From Spirochaetia bacterium (GTDB lineage Bacteria; Spirochaetota; Spirochaetia; SZUA-6; Bin103), in assembly GCA_965198005.1 (NCBI GenBank), contig CBDAOI010000004.1, positions 128,001-192,000 of the forward strand: 64,000 bases of DNA. The letters run 5' to 3'. The notes below the pieces were generated by a model that saw nothing but the letters and a program-made list of their open reading frames with translations, ran no database searches and was not told where the DNA came from. The translations under genes were made by a program, and so were the position numbers. Shown one piece after another: positions 42,287 through 51,098 of the stretch (positions within the stretch are counted from its first letter, which is position 1; every line of letters starts with the position of its first letter).

Positions 42287-44202
42287 GAGCGCCAGGCTAA
42301 CTGGCATATGACAGAGGGTGAAAGTCCCTCGGAACGAAGGAGCAGCCAATCCACGTTTCTCCGCGAGCCGTGCGTTGGCACCTGCGAGGGTGCAGGCGAA
42401 GCGTCGGCAGCGGTGCGTGCGGGCAGAGTTATGGAGCGCCGCAAAATACGACATCTGGAGTGCCGAGACTCTGTACTCGGTCGAAGGCAACACCGGTCGA
42501 GCCAGTATGGTGAGGATCGACCGGGCTCCACGGCGTCGAAGAACTCAGGCACGTACGTACGTCATATACCGGGACCTGGGAGGTCTTCGGGTCGTCCCGG
42601 CGAGTCGTCGCCGGGACCGCGGAGGGAAGGCGTGAGGCTGGACCAAAGATGAACGACCCGAAGGAGTCGGACATGGGCATAGTAGCGGCGAAGCCGGCGA
42701 ACAAGGGAGCGCAAGCGACTGCGGAGACGGTGGAGCGAAGGCCCATGACCAACGGGAATTCGCAAGGTCAAAGCACGGGCCGGACGCAGAGTCGGGCAAC
42801 CGTGACACAGGCGGCCGAGCGGATACGGCAATTCGTAAAGAGAGAACCGCAGGAGAAACTCACTGCGCTGCTGCACCACGTGACGCCGGAAGCGCTGCGG
42901 GTGGCCTATTACGCGCTGAAGCGTGAAGCGGCCCCGGGGGTGGACGGGATGACGTGGCGGGAGTACGAGACGGGGTTGGAAGTGCGCTTGCACGACCTGC
43001 ACCGGCGAGTACACACAGGAGCGTACCGAGCGACCCCGGTACGGCGGGTCAACATCGACAAGCCGGACGGAGGCACACGACCGCTGGGGGTGGCCGCGCT
43101 GGAGGACAAGATCGTCCAGAAGGCCGTGGTGGATGTGATCCTGACACCGATCTATGAGGAGGAATTTCTCGGGATCAGCTATGGGTTTCGACCGGGGCGC
43201 GGGGCACACGATGCGTTGGACGCACTGGCCTACGCCATCGAACGGCGCAAAGTGAACTGGATATTGGACGCGGACATTCGCGCCTACTTCGATTCGATCT
43301 CGCGGGACTGGTTGATCAGATTCCTGGAGCATCGGATTGGAGATCGGCGGGTGCTGCGGCTGATAAAGAAGTGGCTGCGCGCTGGGGTACTGGAAGAAGG
43401 CCGACAGATCGACGCGGGGCGGGGTACAGCGCAAGGGTCGGTGATTTCACCGATGCTCGCGAATATATACTTGCACTACGTGTTGGACCTGTGGGTCACC
43501 AAGAAGTGGCGGCCGCAGGAGGCGCGCGGAGACATGATCATAGTGCGCTACGCAGATGACTATGTCGCCGGGTTTGAATACCGGGACGATGCGGAACGCT
43601 TCCTGCGGGAACTGAAGGAGCGATTCAGAGGCTTCGAGCTGGAACTGAACGCCGACAAGACCCGACTCCTCGAGTTTGGACGGTATGCCGAAAGGAACCG
43701 CCGAGCACGTGGGGAAGGGCGACCGGAGACGTTCGACTTTCTGGGTTTCACGCATTATTGCAGGAAGGACAGGAAAGGACGCTTCGGGCTGGGGCGGAAG
43801 CCAATTCGGAAGCGGATGAATCGTACGCTGAAGAGGATCAAGATCGAGCTCCGCAGACGCATGCATGATGACGTGATGGAAACCGGGCGCTGGCTGGGAC
43901 GGGTACTGCGCGGATGGCTCAACTACTACGCGGTACCCACCAGCTACCGCTACCTGCACCGATTCGTGTGGCGTCTGCGAGGAATCTGGGTAAAGATTCT
44001 ACGCCGGAGGTCCCAGAAGGACCGATTCTCCTGGGCTTGGATGCTGGCGATCAGCATCAAGCTGTGGCCCCAACCCCGAATCGTACACTCATGGCCGGAC
44101 CGGCGATTTGCCGTCAACCACCGAAGGTAGGAGCCGGATGGTTTAACGACCACGTCCGGATCTGTGCGGGGGGCGCCGGGTAACCGGCGTTCCTACCGCG
44201 CC
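42287..44202 (+). mobile_element. Group II intron, copy 2
   Basis: Near-identical to copy 1, offset 2,265 bp. Confidence 0.92.
42649..44130 (+). CDS. ltrA: Group II intron reverse transcriptase/maturase
   Basis: 493 aa; two visible substitutions versus copy 1. Confidence 0.95.
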   Translation: MNDPKESDMGIVAAKPANKGAQATAETVERRPMTNGNSQGQSTGRTQSRATVTQAAERIRQFVKREPQEKLTALLHHVTPEALRVAYYALKREAAPGVDGMTWREYETGLEVRLHDLHRRVHTGAYRATPVRRVNIDKPDGGTRPLGVAALEDKIVQKAVVDVILTPIYEEEFLGISYGFRPGRGAHDALDALAYAIERRKVNWILDADIRAYFDSISRDWLIRFLEHRIGDRRVLRLIKKWLRAGVLEEGRQIDAGRGTAQGSVISPMLANIYLHYVLDLWVTKKWRPQEARGDMIIVRYADDYVAGFEYRDDAERFLRELKERFRGFELELNADKTRLLEFGRYAERNRRARGEGRPETFDFLGFTHYCRKDRKGRFGLGRKPIRKRMNRTLKRIKIELRRRMHDDVMETGRWLGRVLRGWLNYYAVPTSYRYLHRFVWRLRGIWVKILRRRSQKDRFSWAWMLAISIKLWPQPRIVHSWPDRRFAVNHRR

Positions 44203-45269
44203 CTCCCTGGGTTTGGAAGGCCGTCAGGGGGCCGCTATGAGGCCGCGAGCGGCCCGCTGCCGGCCAATCGGCCGTGAATGCCGGCCCTGAACGGGTCCGA
44301 GTGCCGGGATCGTCGGCGTAGCGGCGCGCATGCTGGCGCGCGGGCGGCGAACTCGACCGGCAGCCGCGCGGCAGGCAGCCGGCTTGGAACAGCAACCCGA
44401 CGACCGCACGCGGCGGGGCCTTCGATTGCTGGTCCAGGTGGGAGCCGGGGTGGCGGACCGGGCGGCGTCAGCGGTGTCAGCGGTGGTGGGAAACGGCTTT
44501 GACGGGCATTTTGCGGGATTCCGGGGGGTGCCCTGGGGTATCTCCCTGGGTTTGGAAGGCCGTCAGGGGGCCGCCATGAGGCCGACTCGGACGCCGAGCG
44601 GCCCGCTGCCGGCCAATCGGCCGTGAATGCCGGCCCTGGAGGGGTCCGAGTGCCGAGATCGTCGCCGCGGCGGCGCTCGTGCTGCCGCTCCTGTCCGAGC
44701 AGCCTCGAGCGCCGCGATGGCCGCAGCAACGGCCCATTCCCCCCGCGTGCGGCGACTGACGGAGCAGCGGCTCGACGTTCAAGGAGGTCTGCCGTCGTTA
44801 GCTGTCCTGGAGGTGGCTGCGACCCGACCAGGCTGGGCTGCGGGCGGTGGCGGCGCGGTCAATACGGAGCCAGCGGTGCCGGGAATCGGCGTTGACGGGT
44901 GTTGCCGGGGGTGCCCCAGGCTACCCCCGAGGGGCTGGAAGGCCCTCAGGGGGCCGCTATGAGGCCGCGAGCGGTCCGTTGCCGGCCAATCGGCGGTGAA
45001 TGCCGGCCCTGAACGGGTCCGAGTGCCGGGATCGTCGGCGTAGCGGCGCGCATGCTGCCGCGCGGTCGGCGAACTCGACCGGCAGCGGTGCGGCAGGCAG
45101 AGGCAGCCGGCTTGGAACAGCAACCCGACGACCGCACGCGGCGGGGCCTTCGATTGCTGGTCCAGGTGGGAGTCGGGGTGGCGGACCGCGCGGCGTCAGC
45201 GGTGTCAGCGGTGGTGGGAAACGGCTTTGACGGGCACTTTGCGGGATTCCGGGGGGTACCCTGGGGTAT

Positions 45270-47185
45270 GAGCGCCAGGCTAACTGGCATATGACAGAGG
45301 GTGAAAGTCCCTCGGAACGAAGGAGCAGCCAATCCACGTTTCTCCGCGAGCCGTGCGTTGGCACCTGCGAGGGTGCAGGCGAAGCGTCGGCAGCGGTGCG
45401 TGCGGGCAGAGTTATGGAGCGCCGCAAAATACGACATCTGGAGTGCCGAGATTCTGTACTCGGTCGAAGGCAACACCGGTCGAGCCAGTATGGTGAGGAC
45501 CGACCGGGCTCCACGGCGTCGAAGAACTCAGGCACGTACGTACGTCATATACCGGGACCTGGGAGGTCTTCGGGTCGTCCCGGCGGGTCGTCGCCGGGAC
45601 CGCGGAGGGAAGGCGTGAGGCTGGACCGAAGATGAACGACCCGAAGAAGTCGGACATGGGCATAGTAGCGGCGAAGCCGGCGAACAAGGGAGCGCAAGCG
45701 ACTGCGGAGACGGTGGAGCGAAGGCCCATGACCAACGGGAATTCGCAAGGTCAAAGCACGGGCCGGACGCAGAGTCGGGCAACCGTGACACAGGCGGCCG
45801 AGCGGATACGGCAATTCGTAAAGAGAGAACCGCAGGAGAAACTCACTGCGCTGCTGCACCACGTGACGCCGGAAGCGCTGCAGGTGGCCTATTACGCGCT
45901 GAAGCGCGAAGCGGCCCCGGGGGTGGACGGGATGACGTGGCGGGAGTACGAGACGGGGTTGGAAGTGCGCTTGCACGACCTGCACCGGCGAGTACACACA
46001 GGAGCGTACCGAGCGACCCCGGTACGGCGGGTCAACATCGACAAGCCGGACGGAGGCACACGACCGCTGGGGGTGGCCGCGCTGGAGGACAAGATCGTCC
46101 AGAAGGCCGTGGTGGATGTGATCCTGACACCGATCTATGAGGAGGAATTTCTCGGGATCAGCTATGGGTTTCGACCGGGGCGAGGGGCACACGATGCGTT
46201 GGACGCACTGGCCTACGCCATCGAACGGCGCAAAGTGAACTGGATATTGGACGCGGACATCCGGGCCTACTTCGATTCGATCTCGCGGGACTGGTTGATC
46301 AGATTCCTGGAGCATCGGATTGGAGATCGGCGGGTACTGCGGCTGATAAAGAAGTGGCTGCGCGCTGGGGTACTGGAAGAAGGCCGACAGATCGACGCGG
46401 GGCGGGGTACAGCGCAAGGGTCGGTGATTTCACCGATGCTCGCGAATATCTATCTGCACTACGTGTTGGACCTGTGGGTCACCAAGAAGTGGCGGCCGCA
46501 GGAGGCGCGCGGAGACATGATCATAGTGCGCTACGCAGATGACTACGTTGCCGGGTTTGAATACCGGGACGATGCGGAACGCTTCCTGCGGGAACTGAAG
46601 GAGCGATTCAGAGACTTCGAGCTGGAACTGAACGCCGACAAGACCCGACTCCTCGAGTTTGGACGGTATGCCGAAAGGAACCGCCGAGCACGTGGGGAAG
46701 GGCGACCGGAGACGTTCGACTTTCTGGGCTTCACGCATTATTGCAGGAAGGACAGGAAAGGACGCTTCGGGCTGGGGCGGAAGCCAATTCGGAAGCGGAT
46801 GAATCGTACCCTGAAGAGGATCAAGATCGAGCTCCGCAGACGCATGCATGATGACGTGATGGAAACCGGGCGCTGGCTGGGACGGGTACTGCGCGGATGG
46901 CTCAACTACTACGCGGTACCCACCAGCTACCGCTACCTGCACCGATTCGTGTGGCGTCTGCGAGGAATCTGGGTAAAGATTCTACGCCGGAGGTCCCAGA
47001 AGGACCGATTCTCCTGGGCTTGGATGCTGGCGATCAGCATCAAGCTGTGGCCCCAACCCCGAATCGTACACTCATGGCCGGACCGGCGATTTGCCGTCAA
47101 CCACCGAAGGTAGGAGCCGGATGGTTTAACGACCACGTCCGGATCTGTGCGGGGGGCGCCGGGTAACCGGCGTTCCTACCGCGCC
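45270..47185 (+). mobile_element. Group II intron, copy 3
   Basis: Near-identical to copy 1, offset 5,248 bp. Confidence 0.92.
45632..47113 (+). CDS. ltrA: Group II intron reverse transcriptase/maturase
   Basis: 493 aa, YADD intact. Confidence 0.95.
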   Translation: MNDPKKSDMGIVAAKPANKGAQATAETVERRPMTNGNSQGQSTGRTQSRATVTQAAERIRQFVKREPQEKLTALLHHVTPEALQVAYYALKREAAPGVDGMTWREYETGLEVRLHDLHRRVHTGAYRATPVRRVNIDKPDGGTRPLGVAALEDKIVQKAVVDVILTPIYEEEFLGISYGFRPGRGAHDALDALAYAIERRKVNWILDADIRAYFDSISRDWLIRFLEHRIGDRRVLRLIKKWLRAGVLEEGRQIDAGRGTAQGSVISPMLANIYLHYVLDLWVTKKWRPQEARGDMIIVRYADDYVAGFEYRDDAERFLRELKERFRDFELELNADKTRLLEFGRYAERNRRARGEGRPETFDFLGFTHYCRKDRKGRFGLGRKPIRKRMNRTLKRIKIELRRRMHDDVMETGRWLGRVLRGWLNYYAVPTSYRYLHRFVWRLRGIWVKILRRRSQKDRFSWAWMLAISIKLWPQPRIVHSWPDRRFAVNHRR

Positions 47186-47394
47186 CTCCCCGGGTTTGGA
47201 AGGCCGTCAGGGGGCCGCTATGAGGCCGACTCGGACGCCGAGCGCCCCGCCGCCGGCCAATCGGCCGTGAATGCCGGCCCTGAACGGGTCCGAGTGCCGA
47301 GATCGTCGCCGCGGCGGCGCTCGTGCTGCCGCTTCTGTCCGAGCAGCCTCGAACTCAACCGGCGAGCGGCTCGCGGTTGCACCTCCGGAGCGCC

Positions 47395-47997
47395 GCGACG
47401 GCCAAGCCGGAGGGTCACACCAGCCTGTACCAGGATATCGACGGGCTGCGCCGCGGTCGGCTGCTGGACCACCGCTGCACCATCGACGCGACCGGGGACC
47501 GGCATGAATACGAGTGGGTTACCGGGGTGCCGCTGAACGGCAACCCCCGCAGTCCCAAGATCAACTTCGTGCACTACCGCATCGTACGTGCGGGCACGCC
47601 CACCTATCAAAACGCCTGGGTGACCGACTTGGTGCCCAGCGCTGGCAGCGTGGCGCGGATCGTGCGTGCGGGACGAGCACGCTGGAAGATCGAGAACGAG
47701 GGGTCGATACGCTGAAGCGCTGAAGCGCTGAAGAACCAGGGCTATCACCTGGAGCACAACTTCGGCCACGGTGACAAGTACTTGTCGGAGGCGTTCTTCG
47801 TGCCGGGCCTGCTGGCCTGTTTCATGCACCGGATATTCGAGCTGGTGGACGGTCTGTATCAGCAGGTGCGGGCTGGGTTCGGGTCGCGCCGGGAGTTCTG
47901 GGGCGCGATTCGCGCCACGTTCCGGCTATTCCTGTTCCGGTCGTGGGACCAGGTGCTGGTGCGGATGAATTCGCCGCCGCAGCCGCTGTCCGGGTAG
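47395..47997 (+). pseudogene. C-terminal fragment of a DDE transposase (ISNCY-like), frameshifted
   Basis: AWVTDL...GRARWKIENEG...LKNQGYHLEHNFGHG. Confidence 0.75.
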
Positions 47998-48241
47998 CCG
48001 CTCCCTGGGGAACTGAACCTGCTCCCTGAACGATCCCTGACTGGGGCTGCGGCGCAGGTGTGCCGGCGGCGCGCGGGCAACCGGCCCCGAAGGGCCGATC
48101 GCCGCACCGCGCCAGCCCGCGGCATCGGCCGAGCGGCGGTGGCTGACGGTGGTCAGGTCATCGCACGGGGCTGCATGACGGTGGCTAAATACGTCACCTG
48201 CAATCAGTTACAGAATTTCTGCCGGGTCGGGCCGTGGGTGC

Positions 48242-48535
48242 ATTCACTCGGTGGGCCAACAGGTGGGCATGGTCGCGTTTCACACTCGGAGGGCTTGAGC
48301 TTATGACAGGGCTTGCGATCTCGCCCTCGAAACTTTTCTGTAACCTTTCGGCGCCCAATGTTGCCATATCTGTTTACGATGCACCTCTGCCCCCCGTTCT
48401 CCGAGAATCGCTGTCGCGCCGTGCGGGTGCTTGCCTCCCACGGGAAGAATGGGTATATTGAAGTCGTGTATTCACTTGGTGGGCCAACAGGTGGGCATGG
48501 TCGCGTTTCACACTCGGAGGGCTTGAGCTTATGAC
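48242..48535. repeat. 66-bp direct repeat pair (48242-48307, 48470-48535), also at 62212-62277 and 62440-62505
   Basis: attcact(c/t)ggtgggccaacaggtgggcatggtcgcgtttcacactcggagggcttgagcttatgac. Confidence 0.9.
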
Positions 48536-48917
48536 CCTCTGCCCCTCTACCAGCGGTTCCCCGAGAATCGCTGCTGTTTGCCTGTTGACTTGTTTGCCGC
48601 AGGCGTGCCATACTAAAAGCCTCGGGTTTGAACGGATGCAAAAGATGGGTGATAACACTACTCAGCACTGCCACCGGTTAGCGGCAACGCAGCCGGCGCG
48701 TCCTATCCTCGCCTACCCCCCCCCCCCCCCCCCCCCCCCCCCCGGCGGGAGCTCCAAGAATTCGTTTCGCGGGGGTTGAAAAATGGTGAGGAGTCCCCCG
48801 CGTGGCGTTGTGACGCAGGTCCCGACGTCCGCCGAGCGGTGGGCGTTTGCATGATGGGGCGCGCACGCGGGTCCCATCTTACGTCAGCCATCCGGCAGGG
48901 CACCCTGTGCCCCAAGA

Positions 48918-49082
48918 AGGAGGTGAAGATGATACTGAAAGAACCGCACGCGCGCGCGGCGTGAGCCCGGGTGAACCCGGTGAGTCACACGCCGCGCGCT
49001 TGAGGAATCTGACTCAGACTGGCCGTCCGCGTTGCGGGCGCGAGAGTAGCCAGGGAGCGGCAGGCCGCTACGCAATACTCTC
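48918..49082 (+). promoter_or_regulatory. Leader class I, copy B: RBS, MILKEPHARAA short ORF (48929..48964) and structured RNA
   Basis: Three homologous copies, each directly 5' of a binding-protein gene or its remnant. Confidence 0.72.
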
Positions 49083-49091
49083 AAGATCAAA

Positions 49092-50906
49092 ATGATGGAC
49101 AAAACAATGAAAATCTTATTTAGAATGACCTTCGCGGTCGCGTTGGTCATGGTGCTGACCGCAACCGGCCTCTGGGCCGGCGCTGCCAGCGAAGAGGAGC
49201 CGGCGGCCGCCGCCGACAAGAAGTATGTAACCGACCCCACTACCGGCAAGGTGGTGAGCGCGCCAGAGTATGGCGGGACACTCACCTATGCCAAGATCGG
49301 CATGCCAACTTCGAGTACTGACGCTTGGACCGATGGTGGCGTTGTGGGATATCTCTTCCTCAGTCACACTCTAGAGAAGCTAGCCATCGGGAACTGGGCG
49401 ATAGATCGAGAAGAACATGGCTGGAATACAACGGCCGTACCTCTATGGAGCTTAAATGGGGCGCTGGCGGAAAGTTGGGAGATTTCCCCAGATGGACTCA
49501 CCTATACCTTCAAAATCCGACAGGGCGTCTACTGGCATGATAAGGCACCGATGAACGGTCGGGAGCTAACTGCCGATGATATCGTATATAACTATCACCG
49601 TTATTTGGGTCTGGGCAGTGGCTTCACCGAACCTAGCCCCCATTTTGGGGGTCTCGTCGTTCTGCCATTCGAATCGATAACGGCCACCGACAAATATACG
49701 GTTGTCATGAAGCTGGAGGAGCCACGCCTCTTTGCGATGGGTGATATCGTCGACTACTATATGGGTTATATGTATCCCCCGGAGGTAATCAAGGAACACG
49801 GAGACGCTAAGGACTGGAGGAACTTGGTCGGCACCGGGCCCTATATGATAACTGACTTGGTCAAGGGCAGCTCGGTGACCTATACCAAGAATCCTGACTA
49901 CTGGGGCTACGACGAAAAATACCCGGAGAACCGCCTGCCCTATATTGACCAGTTAGAGTTCCTGGTTATGCCAGAGGAGGCGACACGCCTGGCGGCACTG
50001 CGCGCGGGTACGCTTGATGTCATGGGTCGCAACGGCAACGCTTCAATACAGTCTATCGACGTACTAGAGAGTCTCCAGCGGACCAACCCCGAAATCGTGT
50101 TGTGGAAGTTTCCTTGGCGGTCGGATACTTCTTTTCATCTTAACGTGAGTAAGCCGCCCTTTGACGACATCAATGTGCGCAGGGCAATGCAGATGGCACT
50201 AGACCTTGGGACAATTAACGCTACCTACTGGAAGGGTTATGGATCTACCAGACCTCAGGGGACAGTTGCCGATGATGCGAAAGGGTGGGTCCTCCCATTT
50301 GAAGAGTGGCCGGAAGCGGTCAAGAAAGTCCATACCTATGACCCGACAGGTGCAGAAGCGTTGCTTGATGCGGCTGGATATAGACGTGGCGCCGACGGCA
50401 CTAGATTCAAGACCCTGGTCAACGTCTATGAGGCGCACGATGCGACCTTTGCAGAACTAGCCGCTGCATACTGGGGTGACATTGGCGTTGATGTCGAGAT
50501 TCAGATAACTCCAGGAGCTGAGTTTGTCGCCGCGAAAAAGGGCGGACTTTATGAAATGCTCTCTGGGACAACAGCCATCAGGGTGAGTGCTCCGTCACCA
50601 AACCAATATTGGTCGGGCAATCCACATAACCCTTCCTATGTCAAGGATCCGAATTATGACGCCATGTACGACGCCTGGCAGGAAGCTGACACTATTGAGG
50701 AGGCGCAGAGGTGGATGAAAGAGGCAAATATGTACGTGGAAGAAAGGCACTGGAGCCTATGGGGTGGCGAACTCCCACAGTGGAACGTGAGCCAGCCGTG
50801 GGTCATGGGTTATAACGGTGAAGTCTGGTTGGGAATGGGTCAACAAGATAACTTCTTCGCCCGCCTCTGGATTGATAGTGAGCTGAAGGAAGCAATGGGT
50901 CATTAG
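49092..50906 (+). CDS. ABC transporter family-5 solute-binding protein, intact
   Basis: Family motifs as above; exact start among nearby ATGs uncertain. Confidence 0.93.
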   Translation: MMDKTMKILFRMTFAVALVMVLTATGLWAGAASEEEPAAAADKKYVTDPTTGKVVSAPEYGGTLTYAKIGMPTSSTDAWTDGGVVGYLFLSHTLEKLAIGNWAIDREEHGWNTTAVPLWSLNGALAESWEISPDGLTYTFKIRQGVYWHDKAPMNGRELTADDIVYNYHRYLGLGSGFTEPSPHFGGLVVLPFESITATDKYTVVMKLEEPRLFAMGDIVDYYMGYMYPPEVIKEHGDAKDWRNLVGTGPYMITDLVKGSSVTYTKNPDYWGYDEKYPENRLPYIDQLEFLVMPEEATRLAALRAGTLDVMGRNGNASIQSIDVLESLQRTNPEIVLWKFPWRSDTSFHLNVSKPPFDDINVRRAMQMALDLGTINATYWKGYGSTRPQGTVADDAKGWVLPFEEWPEAVKKVHTYDPTGAEALLDAAGYRRGADGTRFKTLVNVYEAHDATFAELAAAYWGDIGVDVEIQITPGAEFVAAKKGGLYEMLSGTTAIRVSAPSPNQYWSGNPHNPSYVKDPNYDAMYDAWQEADTIEEAQRWMKEANMYVEERHWSLWGGELPQWNVSQPWVMGYNGEVWLGMGQQDNFFARLWIDSELKEAMGH

Positions 50907-51098
50907 GGGTTTGAGCCCTTGTGGCTGAGCTCAGGGGAAGAGGGAGCTGGGAGCCTGTCGCTTGCAAGCGCGCCTCCCGGCTCCCATACTCATTGGATGA
51001 TGGGAGGGCAACCAGAAGACGCAACCATTTGAAATTACTCTGGTATGGTTGGCAATGAAGAAAGAAATGACGGGCGAAATTGCAATGAGGTGTGTCAC

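Larger units (their letters stand above)
39668..47350. repeat. Tandem array of a ~260-380-bp non-coding GC-rich unit (six junctions), three junctions occupied by group II introns
   Basis: Units 39759-40021, 41938-42286, 44203-44541, 44542-~44920, ~44925-45269 and partial units at both ends; all share tggaaggcc.tcagggggccgc.atgaggccg. Confidence 0.88.
47260..48799. repeat. ~1.5-kb segment duplicated at ~61240-62749
   Basis: Near-identical sequence; offset 13,970 bp in the distal part. Confidence 0.92.

Noticed and set aside
44494-44573. Integron attC sites
   Set aside because: No GTTRRRY/RYYYAAC cores, no ORF cassettes between hairpins and no integrase in the window
40384-47113. RTs as part of a diversity-generating retroelement, retron or CRISPR-associated RT diversifying the binding proteins
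   Set aside because: Each RT has a maturase region and is followed by domains V/VI; I saw no template/variable repeat pair with adenine-specific differences, no avd-like gene, no msr/msd and no cas genes
47711-47733. Short tandem repeats (gctgaagc x3; also ggagcacc x3 near 37787, agcta x3 near 26051, gtctggtag x2 near 54442)
   Set aside because: Consistent with simple slippage; the first is absent from the duplicate at ~61698
48242-48535. CRISPR array
   Set aside because: Only two 66-bp repeats with a 162-bp spacer; no cas genes
48918-49082. Known riboswitch (cobalamin, glycine, TPP, SAM) or tRNA
   Set aside because: Only short incidental similarities (agccaggg, ctctca); diagnostic cores are missing by eye; an Rfam scan is still needed
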